Below, one piece after another: positions 1 through 13,918 of a stretch of DNA of 64,000 nucleotides; the first letter of the stretch is position 1; every line of letters begins with the position of its first letter. The stretch is from the NCBI GenBank assembly GCA_000934665.2, contig KZ538053.1:62001-126000 (forward strand), in the 5' to 3' direction. This DNA is from Catajapyx aquilonaris (Eukaryota). The notes under the pieces are model-generated. The model saw nothing but the letters and a program-made list of their open reading frames with translations. It did no database searches and was not told where the DNA came from. Both the position numbers and the translations under genes were made by a program.

Positions 1-2120
1 AAACGCTTGACGAGATAGAGTCAGAGGGCCAATCTGCTTGTTGTCGATGCCAACCTCGATTTTCTTTTGGAAGCACAGGGGGACGTGGTGCTGGTGGGAG
101 ATGGGAGGTGAGGGTGGCATTAAAACACGAGACATGTCCCCAAGCCCTTCCTGCAACCTCGCGCGACTAAATGAGGCCTACTGCTTCTCCTGGACAAACT
201 CATTAGTCAGAGGCGTTCAAGGTGGCTTATCGATGAATGCCAAGAGGTGTTCCCCCCCCCCCCCCCAAAGCAGATGGGGATTGGTGCTGCTTCTGCTGGG
301 GGTGTTCTTCCGCTCGGCACGCCCGGACAACAGCACTCTGATAAGGGGGTCGTCCTGTCCTTTTCTTAGGCAGAAGATCGATGCTTTCCTGCTTTGAACA
401 TATTTGCATGTGCACTACAAGAAAGTGATGAGCTTTCATGCCGCTCCAGACGCCTTTCTACCATGAAGCAGAAAATATTTTTTAATTCGACTACCGGTAC
501 TTATAAAAAGCAATCATAACTCTTGCTAGATGGTTGTAAACTCGGTACAGTATATTCATGTAACAATAAATTGTGGCATTTTAAAAATACATCCCTCAAT
601 CCCTGGGGTGGTCTTCCCGCCAAAATGTTTATAACTTTTCTAGAAATCAACCATTTCCCTGGCACAGGCCGTTGATGTAGTAGTTATAATATGCCAATAT
701 ATTGATAAAAGTGGTGCCAACAGAGAATTCGATCCTGGAGCCTGTTGGCCATTTTCCAGTAGGTGACTGTCGTCAGGATTTCGGCGTCACGCTTCGCAGG
801 CAGTTCCGGATGCCCCAGGCGCTTCAGCGAGAAAAGAACTTGGCATGAGAATATATAAGAACTACCCTACGAGTTTCCCAAGTGCTGCTGGCATGTCTCT
901 CTCCAAAACCTCCCCTTTGCCAAGAGCTGAAGCGCCAGGACGTTCACTCGAAAGAGTATTATACTCTCACAGCTATCGTGTATTCGCACATCAGGTAAAG
1001 GTAAAGGGAGCTTTACCCAATGATTCATATACTGATGTAAATTACTCAACTGAATGTTGCAATTGTGAATGGGGATGAATATTGTACAGAAACCTGCACT
1101 CAGTTAGTACTAGATACCAGTATTGTACAGTAGTAGTGTCAATGCTTCCGCCCAACATCCTGAGGTAGCAGGGAAGCCTTTGATAACATAGAGAACAGAT
1201 CTGAAGCCTGAGCGAATCTGAGCCTAACGTAAATGGTAGGGGGCAGGTCATGAGTCGTGGGCTGGGCCATTCAATTAGAAGCTCGACTAGCAGTGTAACT
1301 GGCGGCCTAGACTAATGCGCTCGGATGTGGTGTATCTTAAAGCGTTTGACATCAAAGTTAGAAACCAGAGGTGTGCATAATAAAATATCAATAAGTTATT
1401 GTAACCCACACAGGTATTTTGAAACCTCTAATCTCTCAGGCACGGAGTAGGCTACATCATTACGTATTAACCTGTAATGAAATAAGAATAAGCATTATTT
1501 GTTCCTAGTAATACTGACGCACCATAGAATAATTCCAACTTAGGGAAATGCATGTGCTAATTAAATTATAATCAACAACCCAGAACAAAGGTTGTATAAA
1601 TGTCTACTTTCTTGCTCCCAAAGCCTGTCATGTCGTCTCTGAAATGTTTATGCTCTTTATGTACTGTCCTAGGTGCTCAAATGTATTTAAAATTAATATT
1701 TCGGATTACTTATAAGTGCCGTAAACACCCCCTTCAATGAATAGATCCATATGATGAAACAGTGAGGAATAATTGCATTAGGATATGCAATTTATATTAA
1801 TTTAAAATTGTGTGCATTTTGAATGACGAAGGAAAAAATGAAAATGAAACCAGTTCTTTTCAGTATAGGGTACATAACTTAATACACGAGGAAAAACGTT
1901 TATGGACGGAATATAATAGCTCGCGTTCTGTAACCCGAATCTAATAGCCTATTATACACAAAAATGTACAATTTTAAAACACCCATATCTAATTTCACTA
2001 GCCCTACCCTAATACGACTTATCTAAGTTTTGGGGCTAGATCCTGCCCAATTGGGAAAAAAAATGCCATTCATTATGGTAATGCTCCTTCGATTATTTGG
2101 ATTATCTAAAACCCATATGG

Positions 2121-2332
2121 CAGTGGTTTCCAACCTTTTACCAACAGAGACCCCCTGAACATGTTTCCATAAATGTGCGACCCCCCCCCCCGGCCCCTTC
2201 TAAAACTGCACCCTTTCCAGAAAACATACACTCTGCCGCAAAAATGGTTAAATTGACACCAAAAAAAAACGTTGAACCAAGGCTCGCGACCCCCCGCGAC
2301 CCTGCCCGCGACCCCCCGGTTGGAAACCATCT
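2121..2332. mobile_element. hAT-type MITE
   Basis: Terminal inverted repeat CAGTGGTTTCCAACC ... GGTTGGAAACCA, with repeated GCGACCC subterminal motifs. TSD not clear. Confidence 0.6.
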
Positions 2333-3651
2333 TCTGTATGCAATACACTCGTGTCCTCTCCATATGCAAGTGTGTGTAATTATTATATTCGGGTCGATAA
2401 GCTTCTTGTTCAGTGTTGCACACCATCATAATATTTATAGAGCTCTGCTTTATGAGCATATCTGTGCACAAGTTTCGGGATAAGAGGCATTGTGATGGCC
2501 GCGAGTTTCTAAGGAGCATCCAATAATCGTCGTCATATACATCTTTACCATTTTTTGTTGCTTCGACATTTTTCTCACCCCTACATTTTTGGCTTCTTTT
2601 GGGCCAAGAAATCGCGATAGACTGTAGTCTATTTCTATATAATCTTGAAGGATTGTGGGAAAACTTTTTTGTGGCGTGGTTCACAGATTTTATGAAAAGT
2701 CCATAAAACTTGATCAACTATATCACCCTGTAATCATTACCTCCCTTAAAATATTTATGCAACTAGTCCAATGCAAGATAAGTTCATTAGCCGTAAGTCC
2801 ATTTCCATTATGTGGCAGTCCTAGGTGGCAGTTTATTACCACCAGGAATAGCTCGGCTCCCTCCTGCACTTAATATCTCTCTTCCTGCCATTTGTGATAA
2901 CTGATGCTTACCAGAATCTGTGCGCTACTTGTGAACCGCATTAGAAAACTCTACAATGGTCCTTTAAAACGAGTGGAGTTCATCACTGTAAATGTTATAT
3001 TATGTTGCAGGAAACACACATAAGCCATGACTTTTGAATCCCCCCAATACAGTACCTTATGCCAAGTGGAAAGAAGTGGACCCACAATGGCAATATTTTG
3101 GTTAGAGAACCGCACATATTCAAGTATTCAGTCCTACTTATTATTCCTCTCGACTTCTGTCAATAGCCACTGTACCCTTGTATAAAAAAAGCATTAAAAC
3201 AACTCCATAAATGCCAAACTTGTATAACTACCATGCTCTTTACTTTCAGCCATTGCCCCGAGAGTTGCTCTCTTCTGGAGCTGTGCTCCCCCACCAGCTC
3301 CCTATAGACGACACCCTCCTTTCACCATCCTTCCCTCTTACCCGGTTCTCATGCCAAATGAAGTATTGGGATTCACTCTCATATGTAATATCCCGCTCAG
3401 TGGAAGCAGATCTAAATTCCTGGCATTATTGAATAGAAGACTTCTTCCTTCCATCGCTCTCACTCAAATAGGACACATTTTAGGCTGCAGGTTTCGGGAA
3501 AATGGAAAAATGGCGTTATTCAATATTTTCAACCTCTCAAATATTGTACAACAAGCGTACACATCATATCATGTGTTTAATAATTCAGTTCACATCCGTA
3601 TCGGTATAAATCCCCATATTACTCGTACATCATCATCATCGTCATCATCAT

Positions 3652-3964
3652 ACCGAAGCAGGTCGGTGTAGTGGTTAAGGAGTCCGACTGCTAATCGGGA
3701 GGTTCGATTCCCGGGGCCGGCGATCCTGACCCTGGTTTTCTGTGGTTTCCCACGGTCCCTCAGGATAATTCAGGGGACGCTTCCGTATAATAGGCCACAG
3801 CCGCTTCCTTCCCTCCCTATCCTTGGCCCCATCCATGTGTGAAAGTTTCAGAAAAAATTGAGTGGCTAAATTGTGGTATTCCACCCCCCCCCCCCTAATG
3901 GAGCGCCGATTCTCCCAATGCAATGCAATGGGGTAAAATAAATGAAATAAATAAAATAAATAAA
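3652..3964 (+). mobile_element. tRNA-Ser(GCT)-derived SINE (family S)
   Basis: Head has A-box-like GTGTAGTGGTTAAGG, anticodon-arm relic GACTGCTAATC and B-box GGTTCGATTCC. Body GGTTTTCTGTGGTTTCCC...AGGCCACAGCC is shared with copies at 20968, 36509 and 62079. Ends in an A-rich tail. Confidence 0.8.
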
Positions 3965-3966
3965 TA

Positions 3967-4172
3967 CATGGTGGTCCAAGTTCAAGTGTCGTTTTATAAC
4001 GGCGATTAATAGAAGCGCTTAACGATGACGTAGCAGCGACGTGTAAAATTGCCCACTTCTATTGCGCCGAAGATGCGCCGAAGTGGGACATTTTACGCGT
4101 CGCTGCTACGTCATTGCAAAATCACTGCTATTAATCGCCGTTATAAAACGACACTTGAACTTGGACCACCCT

Positions 4173-4173
<1 letters not shown>
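3967..4173. mobile_element. Palindromic Tc1/mariner-type MITE inserted in the SINE tail
   Basis: TA flanks; near-complete fold-back CA(T/G)GGTGGTCCAAGTTCAAGTGTCGTTTTATAACGGCG ... reverse complement. Confidence 0.8.

Positions 4174-4257
<84 letters not shown>
4174..4257. repeat. (ATT)n microsatellite
   Basis: Read directly; it produces the poly-Ile/poly-Leu pseudo-ORFs. Confidence 0.95.
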
Positions 4258-4258
<1 letters not shown>

Positions 4259-7200
4259 GATTGGCTGAATTTAAACTCAACGTCACGGAGAAAACTCGCT
4301 TCTCTGGTCAGATTTGATGTTTCCACGTGCTTCAGAACACACCCAACCAACTTGAGCGATACAGTCCATAACAATGCCGCCTCAAGATGTTTGGTCAATG
4401 TGCCGATAAAAAGAGCAGCAGACGCTTCAGGCCTAAGCAATGCCCTGCCACCTGCTGGTCAATATTTGTCCCAGTACACATACCGTAGAAACCTCCTTGG
4501 CAGCACCATAGGAGCAATCTGGGCCAGATAGGATTCGGCTAGTATGAAAAGCAGTGACTGAGAAGGTTTGCCGTCCCAACGAGAGAAAGGGAGAGAGCGA
4601 AAGAGAGAGAGAGAAAGCAGTGAGCAGACAAAGAGAAGTCGGCTCTTAATGGCCTTTTGGGACGGATGAAGGAGTCATCTATTGTCGCCCGCTCTCTTTG
4701 TTGGCTTTGTGACGCCACAACTGCATCCAGCAGATGTACGGCTTGGGAGGATTCAGCCTTTTCGCTCCAATCTCTTTCATACTGCAGCTCTGTTTGCTCA
4801 CAAGAAACCGCCCTCTTTTTTCTCTCTCCATCCTCCTCTCTCACCTCCCATCTTCCCATCTGTTTTCATCTCTTATTTTCAATCCCGTTCAGGTCACGGA
4901 TTGTCGGAGTGGGAGGGAAAAGGTGAGCTTCCTCGTGTGTCGCAATCAGTTGCACAGCCGCGGTTTTGGTAGCGGTGGTGAAAGTGCACGGGGAGCGGAG
5001 TCCTGACAGATATGGTGGCTGGAATGGCAACGGCTATGGAAGCAGGCCCGACAGGCTGAGTTCATCCATGTCAAGTGCAAATCCCAGCGTCGTCAACGGG
5101 GATCAAACCATCGGCCGTGTTCCGGTTCCAGAGGGGGGGCAGCAAGAAAGCTGCTCTTGCAAAAATCCCAAATACATCAGAAAGCCTTGAAGAAGCTTGT
5201 TTTCACAACCTTTACGGACCTGTGCATTCTTGCTCAAATAAAGGGGGTCACATCTCTTACTCTTCTTCTTCTTCTTCTTTTTTTTGCACGCGATCTATTG
5301 ACAAATTCGCTGGGAAGGTATTACAAATTCTCTTCGTATCCGGTTCCCCTGTGGGTTTCGTTGACATTTTGGCATGCAATACGTTAAGCACTAGAAGATT
5401 AGGCTACACAGGCAATAAATTATTGATACTAGGTACACCGAACTTTGGAGTTTTAGAGCACCGTGGAAAGTTCGTTGGGGATGTAAGCTCAAAACTTAGG
5501 AGAAGCAGAAGTGAGGTACCGGTATGTAGGCTACATTACACAAGGCTCATTAAAGGAGTTATAGGAATGAATGCCACCCGCCCCATTTCCCCATCTATAG
5601 TATCATATTTCTTAGAAGGGTAGAGACAATACAGCATTGTTATTCGATGCTAGATTATTGCCTGAGAAAATGGAATATTTTCAATTTCTAATTATGTAAT
5701 AATATCCATCCCGCCACCGATACACAATACCATAATAAGAAGTAGCCTACAGTAAAAGTTATTTGCCTGCAAATACCGTCATAATGCAAACTGCTGAATT
5801 TAGAGGCAAATTGCAGACCTTAGTTATGGTAAGTCTCTCTGAATATTGCCCAGGTCATTACGATTACACTACAAGATAGTATAATATTATTATGTTATAT
5901 TTAGGAATAATTCGAGACAACAACATCAAAACTGCGGCATTTTATTATAACTGAGGGGTATTCAGCAATGAAGGAGACACAAGTTAATAATTCTGAAGCC
6001 GTCAAAATACTAAATCACTAAAACATCATTCTAATGCTATCGCAGATTAAATATAAACTCAATGGTAACATAATTACATGAAATTAAAAAGAGTAATATC
6101 CTGGAAGGGAAGCATACCTGCCAGAATATGTCATACCTTGGGGTTGAAGCCCGTTATTTCGGATATGAGGCGACTAATAAAAAATGTCGCCTCTGCTTAA
6201 CATACTTTTCTGATGCCAGTCAGGAACTCATCATAGAAGTTTGTCTAAATCATTTTAAAACTACACATAATTATATACACGGTTGGAAAGCTTATGGAAC
6301 TGGCTGTGCATGCTATACAAAATCCATCCTCACGTTTGAAGTTAGCAGACAGACCGCGAGATGAGTATCCATGAGTTTTTCACTGACGCGGACATGGTCT
6401 AAATTTTGTTGCAGCCATTATTTTTTAACTGATCACATTGTGTTGGGCATTAAGTATCACAATCCTATACAAAAGTACCAAAAGTACACCCAAGTTTGTC
6501 TCCAGTGTCGTTAATCCCACATAATTCTTCGAAAATGATGCAAAAACTATCAATATATCGACCAGTAATGTTCGCTGAAGCATTACTACTTTGTGACAGT
6601 TAAAAAGACGCAGTTAAGGGCCACAAATATGCGGTCGTAATTCTGGTAATCCTTCCTAATGGCAACGGTGATCGGCTCCGAAGTTATGCATCTCCATGAC
6701 TACCCGAAATGTGGGAAACTGCCAGATGGCCATCGAAAACACCCAGCTCACGAGTTCCTGCAATTCTCCCTCCGGTTACTGCCGTGGGTTTACATCACCC
6801 AGGGTTCAAACAGAAACATTAAGCGCTCTTTCATGCTCCATCCATCCATCGTTCAACAGTCTCCAGCTTTGTTCTCGCTCACGAATATAGATGACCCAGA
6901 TGAGAAGACATGTGTTTGCACATCATCCCGGGAGTCTCTATCATGAAATGTGGAATTCAAGAAGCTCCGTCGGGGGTAAGGCTAACGCCCTCAGTTCCAT
7001 CCCTCCCATCTCCACCCCTCCCTATACACAGAGAAGCCCTGCAGGGAACTCCCCGTTATCAAATTGGGACATGAGTGATGTTGAAGCAAGGCGATTCCAC
7101 TCCTTGTCCGTCGTGATGGATCGGCCCCTTTTTGCCCCCCTAAAAAAAGCTATTTGCTATCACATTTACTCGGAAGAAGCGCTGTGTGCAGTGCAAGCAA

Positions 7201-8942
7201 AAGTTAATCTTGACCCTGTTGAGTGACAGTCTCCTTAGCAGAGAGCGCCACTCGACACCGGTCAGAATGTTCGTGGTTTTTAGAACGACTATGGTGGTAC
7301 AGTATGTGGCCAAGCGGGGGTCAAGTGGTGATAATGGCGGTTGCTGCACAACGATATATTCCCGTCGGACACTCCCCCACCGAGCAACCACCTCGGCAAA
7401 GGTGGCGAGGAGAATAAAGGCGTCGGGTGAGGCTTTCTGGGAAATGTTTCTCCCTGAGGCGCCATCATAGGCTTCGCCTTTTTCAGGCGTCGCCACGTAA
7501 CTACTTAGAGCTCGCCCAGGGAGTTTCAACATGAGAGACATTTGTTACCTTCGTTATCCGCCCTCATGCATGTTGAGCAACGGAGTCCCGCCTCTGCACA
7601 ACTTTAGACACTAACATTGAAAGTTTTCTCTGCTAAATATTGTGCTAAAACTTCATAATAACAATATTGTGTCGCGGAAATCAAGAGCGCATGACACATA
7701 ATTTCAAGTGAATAAGTGAAGTTCGAAATATCTACAGTCATAAAGCTGCCCGTCATATAAATACAGGGCCTTGTGTAATGAGTCCACCAATAATGCGTTG
7801 CGATAGGTCGATTTTTCTGGGCGAATGTGCAGAAGAAAGTGTAATGAACAAGAACACCATAAATGGATCCTCGTCAATTAAGCTAGATATGGCATGGAAT
7901 CCAGATAGAACACCCGTATTTCCATATCACTCGGAGCATGGAGAACCCCGCCGAAAAGGATGGGAATATGCTTGAACTTCTGGTTGATCAGCAAGGCCAG
8001 GGAAACTGGCAACTTACGAGGGAATCTGACCAAGTGGCAGGCTGGGCCCTGAAACTTCTCACGATCATGCGTCCAATGTTAGTTTGTATTTTACAATAGT
8101 TGCATAAGTTTGGTGGTAGAGGGAAATAGTTGGGTAGGGCGGCTGCATTTGTCTAGTAGTTTTGTTGTACTAAACATTGAAGGTGGGCATATAGTGTCAC
8201 GTTTGGCAAAATAGTATGTAGGCTAGGTACTGTATATAGAATCTGCTAACTTTAAAATGCGTGTGTCCATTAACAGATCAGATAATTATTATGTACATAC
8301 TATATTTCAGATTGCAATGCATTTTCCCTCCACCCAAGTTTAATGAAGAATGCTAAATGATGTAGCAATTAATCGCGTTAATATATGGTGCACATAGCGC
8401 TCGAGCCATTTTCATAATTCATTTTTAGATAATTTTTCCGATGTGTATTTGCATGTGCAACTTATAATTAATAGCAAATTATGCAAGTGGAGATCAATTT
8501 CATGTATACTGTACAACAATATTTACCCCATATTAGTTCCAAAAATCACGCCAGTCAACATTATTCCTGCACTGTTTTGCATCATTACATGAATCAAGAA
8601 TCTAGGTTGGGTGAAAGACAATCAATACTGTCGAATCACCATCGAAAATGGCCAAGACAACTTACATGTGTAATGTAGCATTATCGTATTACCTTTGTGA
8701 CATTGTAAATAATTATTTACGTAAAACTGTAATTGTCTAAATTTGATGTGCTTTTTTAAGATATTTCATGAGACTGAACTGTTCGAGAGAAATTAACTTG
8801 GACCTTGAGGCAAAATGTCACCCGGATTTTTCTCACTTTCTGACTACTGAAGTCGGACGATTGCATTATTTCTGACAAGGGGCTTACGCATTAAGCGGCT
8901 TAGGGCCAGTTGCACCGGCCTCAGTATAACTTAGAACCTCGG

Positions 8943-9010
8943 GTATAACAAGAATTGCCATAGCAATCATTGTTGGTCAACAATGATTGCTATGGCAATT
9001 CTTGTTATAC
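8943..9010. repeat. Perfect palindrome (33-bp arms, 2-nt loop), probably the centre of a truncated Harbinger-type MITE starting ~8903
   Basis: GTATAACAAGAATTGCCATAGCAATCATTGTTG-GT-CAACAATGATTGCTATGGCAATTCTTGTTATAC. Upstream GGGCCAGTTGCACC resembles the TIR of the MITE at 22934. Confidence 0.75.
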
Positions 9011-10914
9011 TGTACAACAAAATCACCAATATCTTGTCGTCAGCAAACTCCGTATGTGTCGGATTAACACCTCTCTAGGACAGTCACTCACGAAGTTTGC
9101 TGAATCAAGAAACTCCCCCTTTGACCACAACCTAAACTGGCACCTTGCATGTTACGCTTTAGAATTTACTCTATGCTGTCTTTTCACCGACTTGTAAGAA
9201 CCGTTTAGTATATGATGCGTACTTAATTAAAATTGTCCCTTTCAAACAAGTATAAACATCCAAAATCTACCTGTGATGCAATATTGACTCACAATATTGC
9301 TTACAAGAACACTGTCATATTGGCATGCCAATAGTTCCACACACTATCCTTCATACACCGCAAAAAATGTCAGAATTGCCGATAACTATAGCCTACTTTA
9401 TTCTACTCAAACTGGAGTCGCATGCAAATCAGCCTTTGAGTGTACTTTTACTCCTGTCAGAAACAACCGATGATTTTTTTAAACTAAAAACCCTCGATGC
9501 ACTTGTGATTGGCTTTTAGTTCTATCAAATCTACTGAAATTTCCCAGTCAATTTTTTGCCTAATTTTTACATCGCTACTTTTAAATGGAGTGCTATCGGG
9601 TTGCAACACGCTTCAGCCAATGGGAATAAGCCAGGTGGGTCTCTTAACCAATCCTGGTCTCACGCTTTCCCTTTCATACATGTACAGGGAAAGGTCTATA
9701 TTTTTTTCTATTGCAGCAAAACTCCTGGAGCGTGGTACACCACCTCCAAACCTCAGGTGAACACTCCTGTCAAGTGACAGCATTAACTACTCTGAAATGG
9801 TTGCAGAGCATGAAAGAAGAATATAGATGCACTCTTATGCCATTAAGATGCCCATAAAAGTGTGCCCATGGGGCAGCCACTTCCAAGTGGCAGTGGCTGA
9901 AAGGCCTTCAGCAATACACTGGACTGCTCTTAAATGACACGGCTTGCATTTTTGCACACCACCATGTTGCGGAACTCGACGGGTCATATCTCCAGAGTGC
10001 AACGCAGATAACGATTTTTTTCTCTCTACTTTCTTTGCAAATTGTCACCATGGTATTTTCCATCCTCCTAGTTAAAAGTTGGAAAGATTTTTGATGCATT
10101 ATTGAGTCTCATGAAATTTGTAATTACAAGTGCTCTCATTATACTGTCGTTTAGTTTTAAAATATGCAAATGGAGTCAAAGATTAGCGATGGCACCTATA
10201 CTGACACGGATTTTCGGTGAGAAGAAAATCTAGCAGCTTTTTATATACCACCTGTGCATAATGATTAGTAAATTCGGCTTGCTGTACACATTGCATAAAT
10301 ATGAATAAATAAACTACTCTGTAAGTTCATTAAGTGGATATTTTTATTTCAAATGAATGCATATATTTTCCGCATATAGTCATTGCTGCTACTAGCCAGA
10401 CCGAGATAGTCCCCGCTTAATCCACCAGCTTATTGGATGAGAGACACCGTAAACAGACTCTCACCAAATACCTGCAGCCGCCAGTACAAATGGCGTCAGA
10501 AGGTTAACGGGATGTCAGAACCGTCTGTCTCGCACTGTATTATTTTCTCCCCTCTCTTATTGCACGAAGTGGCCTTCTGCCAGTGGCACAATGGGAAAGC
10601 GGCTTACTGTACTGGAGCTTGGCTCACACCAGTTTGAATTCAGTATCTAATTGCTAAACTAAGTGGCCGCTGTCATTGTTCCAGCACAGAGCTACTTCAC
10701 ATGGTGACGTAACAATTTGCTAGGTCAAGTCACAAATAGAATTTGGAGGAAAGCGTAGTGCTAATCATTTGCTTGATCGATAGTCAATTCAGTGAGTAAT
10801 CCTATGTGGGTTTACTATAGATCAAGTAACAGGCCTTTAGTTAGCACGTCACAGTCTGAATTCAGAAACGTTTTACAACTTAAGCGCTCCATTTAATATT
10901 GCATTTATTATTTA

Positions 10915-11175
10915 CTTGCTGCGGCACCCGGCGTTGCCCGGGAAGAAATGAATGAAGGGAAAACACCTGCCAGTACCCCCGTCAACTGTCTGTCTTTCTG
11001 TGTGTCCGCCCACCAATGCCATCTGTGGTCCTGCTACTCCAACACCTTCAACCTCTCCCGCCTGTATAACGGCAACAGTCATTTGCCTGCCATCTGTAGT
11101 CAACCCCCAACACCTCCATCCTCTCCCGGCCTGGGGCTGGAGCACAGATGGCAGGCAAATGACGGTTGGCAGGCG

Positions 11176-11206
<31 letters not shown>

Positions 11207-11231
11207 TCACAAACGGCTTTATTTATATAGA
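10915..11231 (-). mobile_element. Non-autonomous Helitron
   Basis: Minus strand starts A|TCTATATAAATAAAG followed by (CTGT)n. It ends with hairpin CCCGGGCAACGCCGGG and CAAG|T (degenerate CTAG). The 3' end resembles that of the Helitron ending at 33507. Confidence 0.7.
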
Positions 11232-12571
11232 TTTATTTAATTTACCCCACAATGGACCATTTAGTCCAACCTAAACACAAGTCGTCTGAACTGAGCACCG
11301 CATATGAATTGAATAACACAACCTGTTTAAGTTTGAATTCGCGATAAATATCCCAAAGGACTCGGGAGATGTTATATCCCCATGGGATAATCTACAGCAC
11401 ACAATTCCCGCTCATCTTTCGCAATCCCCGCCAATCCAGGTGTTTATTTAGCCTGCATTATAATGCACATCCTCATAGTTGCGCCCTTCCCCCAAATTAA
11501 AGGCAGATCTACCTGCACTGAGATCATTTGCGGTAACCGAGCCTCTCCAGCGTGCGGTTAAGCTCCGCGTGACAGGGGCAATTATTATAGAACCTTGGGA
11601 TTGCTAGGAGTCAGCTTGCATGGTTCTCAAGAACACAACTTTGCAGGCATTCGTGGAGGCATAATAAAAGTTTACTCTCCTTTATCCCCCGGTTCCCCCA
11701 AGTTGCTATTCCTCACATTCTCCCTCTCCCCTACCCCTCCTCTCTCCAATGGCCTATTTGAGGCGCACGTACAATATGAATGCGGTTTCCGCTGGTGCTT
11801 ACGAATGCTCATTCGCTTTCAATTGCCGCAGCAGCAATTAACGGGCTATTCATCAGCAAGGCAGACATGTCATGCGAAAGGCAGCGGGGGAGAGGGAGTG
11901 GGGGAAGGCGGGGGTTGCCTGCCCACTTTTTTTTTACCTTCTTTTTCAAGAAGAGTTCCGACTTTCCCTTCACTTACTCCCAGGCCCCTTCGGCGCTTAT
12001 TGCAGTATTTAGCAGCGAGACCACGCCCCATTCTCATTACAACTTAATTACTTGCGAGTTATGAGGCTCCAAGATTGCCAGGGCCTGCTTAAAAATGATT
12101 ACGGAAAGGTAATGTCATCATAATTTGATTACCTGCGATGTTGCACTACAACAGAGAAGGAAAGATGGCGGATGAGAACGGAACTTTTTTGTCCTAACTA
12201 TAGAATGAACAGAAGTTGGCGTATAAAAGAATATGATAATGACATTATTGCATAAAATATTAGTTTGTAAAGAATGAGAAGTGAATTTGAATGGAGAGTA
12301 AATAATCATTATCACATAATTATCTCACAGTTTATATGCCAAAGGGCAAATTGCCTGTTTACAGTATAAATGTTACACACACAAAATTGCATGCTTTGTG
12401 TAGGCATACACTCATGTGATTCCTTATTTGTTGTAAAATTACGGACATTTGAGGTTCATGTGCATTGATAGTATTATATTCAAGTAGTAGTCATTCACTG
12501 AAATGAGTACAAGAGAGACCCAAAAATATTGGAATATGTGCCGGTGTCCCAATAACACAGATATTAGATAA

Positions 12572-13367
12572 CACTAGTCAACAAGATTTTTGGCACATGA
12601 ACAATTTTAGCTGTTTCTAATGCATCAGTTCATATGCCCTGATTCCAAATATTAAGTCAGAAAGTGTCCATCACCCTTTTTTTTTGAAACAGCCATACGC
12701 TATTTTGGGGAAAGTACACTGCACCTTGCTCAATGTGACTAATATATGGTCAACAATGGTTTTGTTAAATAAGAAATTGTCACTTTTTATTGTGTATTAG
12801 TATGCGCTGAGTTTGAATTTGAAGTCAAAACATTTCTATCGGTATCCATTTTCTTATAACAGGCCTTACTCTCCCGAGTGTAGGCATACTTTGCATAGCT
12901 CAATATTATTAATTTATTGGGCAACATTGGGTTTTGTTTAAGGCACCATTTTTGATGTCTCTCATGTATTAGTAGGCGCTGAGTGTGAATATCGGCATGC
13001 ATCCAGTTTCTTGTAGCAAGCGTACATACCTTGTTTTCTAGAATTACTGAACATTGTTCATTGTCACCATTTGCATCTTATTTGTAAACATTATTCCATA
13101 TGAGGAATTTGGTATATCTACAATGGGGGCATCATAACTAAACCATACCAAGCCCTATTAGTCATTACTTACTCGCTTTATTTCAAAGTGTATGACTCTA
13201 GCCTACATTAAGAGAGGCTTTTTGATACCATAAAAATGCCAATTACTCAAAAACTGTAGGTGATAGAAGAAATTGGTTAACATATTTGAAATCAGCGCAA
13301 AATATACAATTAGAATTTCACATTCAAGTCCATGTGCCAGAAAAAGGTTCAATTTTGTTCCCTAGTG
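12572..13367. mobile_element. Non-autonomous DNA transposon, Chapaev3-like
   Basis: CACTAG...CTAGTG termini, TAA on both flanks, imperfect TIR (AACAA...TGGCACATG). CAC ends with a TWA TSD match Chapaev3 as I recall it. Confidence 0.6.
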
Positions 13368-13473
13368 TAATTAGTTACTCTGACACTCAGTGAAAGCATT
13401 GCTAATATGTACAGCAAAAGTCATTCATCAGCACTGATTAGGATCAAAGTAAGGGGACGTATCCGATACAATA

Positions 13474-13918
13474 CAGGGTTCGAAAATTTAACCTACCATC
13501 GCTTTGGTAAATGATAGAGTGATTCTAGGCGATCACTTTGAGTATATGCAACATGGGTCTCCGACGCATAGTTACCGAGATAATTAGCATTAAAATTAAA
13601 AGTGCATTATACCAGCTTATAGGTTTCGGATACCGCTTACGACACTTCCATCGCCTATGCTGGCCCTGGGCCATTTCCTCTACATCTAACAGGATCATAA
13701 ATTTAAATAAAATCACATGGTAACACCTTGAATTTAAATGGAAAATGGTAAGGTTGCGAGGAGGGACGCATACCTGCCAGGATATTTTATACATTGTGTT
13801 TGAATCACATTATCTCGGTAACTATGCGTCGGAGACCCATGTTGCATGTACTCAAAAGTGATAGCCTAGAACCTCTCTATCATTTCCCAAAGCGACGGCA
13901 GGTTTTTCCGAACCCTTG
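13474..13918. mobile_element. Tc1/mariner-type MITE with long (~110 bp) inverted arms
   Basis: TA|CAGGGTTCG ... CGAACCCTTG|TA; both arms share GCAACATGGGTCTCCGACGCATAGTTACCGAGATAAT. Confidence 0.8.

Noticed and set aside
763..790. Hammerhead-like words (GAAA and CTGACGA on the minus strand) inside a short stem
   Set aside because: Only 2 nt separate the core boxes, so stems I and III cannot form.
3652..3725. tRNA-Ser(GCT) gene (also at 21030-21103, 36509, 62079) and tRNA-like heads at 40451, 42749, 55943, 60899, 62272
   Set aside because: No complete cloverleaf. Each continues into a shared body and tail, several with TSDs, so they are SINE heads.
4049..4531. ORFs with poly-Ile/Leu/Tyr/Asp runs (also 46443-46676, 62661-62906)
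   Set aside because: Translations of trinucleotide microsatellites.
5075..7541. Several 100-180 aa ORFs
   Set aside because: No recognisable domain, no consistent splice chain, overlapping on both strands; probably decayed repeats or chance.
11518..11530. bantam miRNA-like TGAGATCATTT
   Set aside because: Only the first 11 nt match and there is no precursor hairpin.
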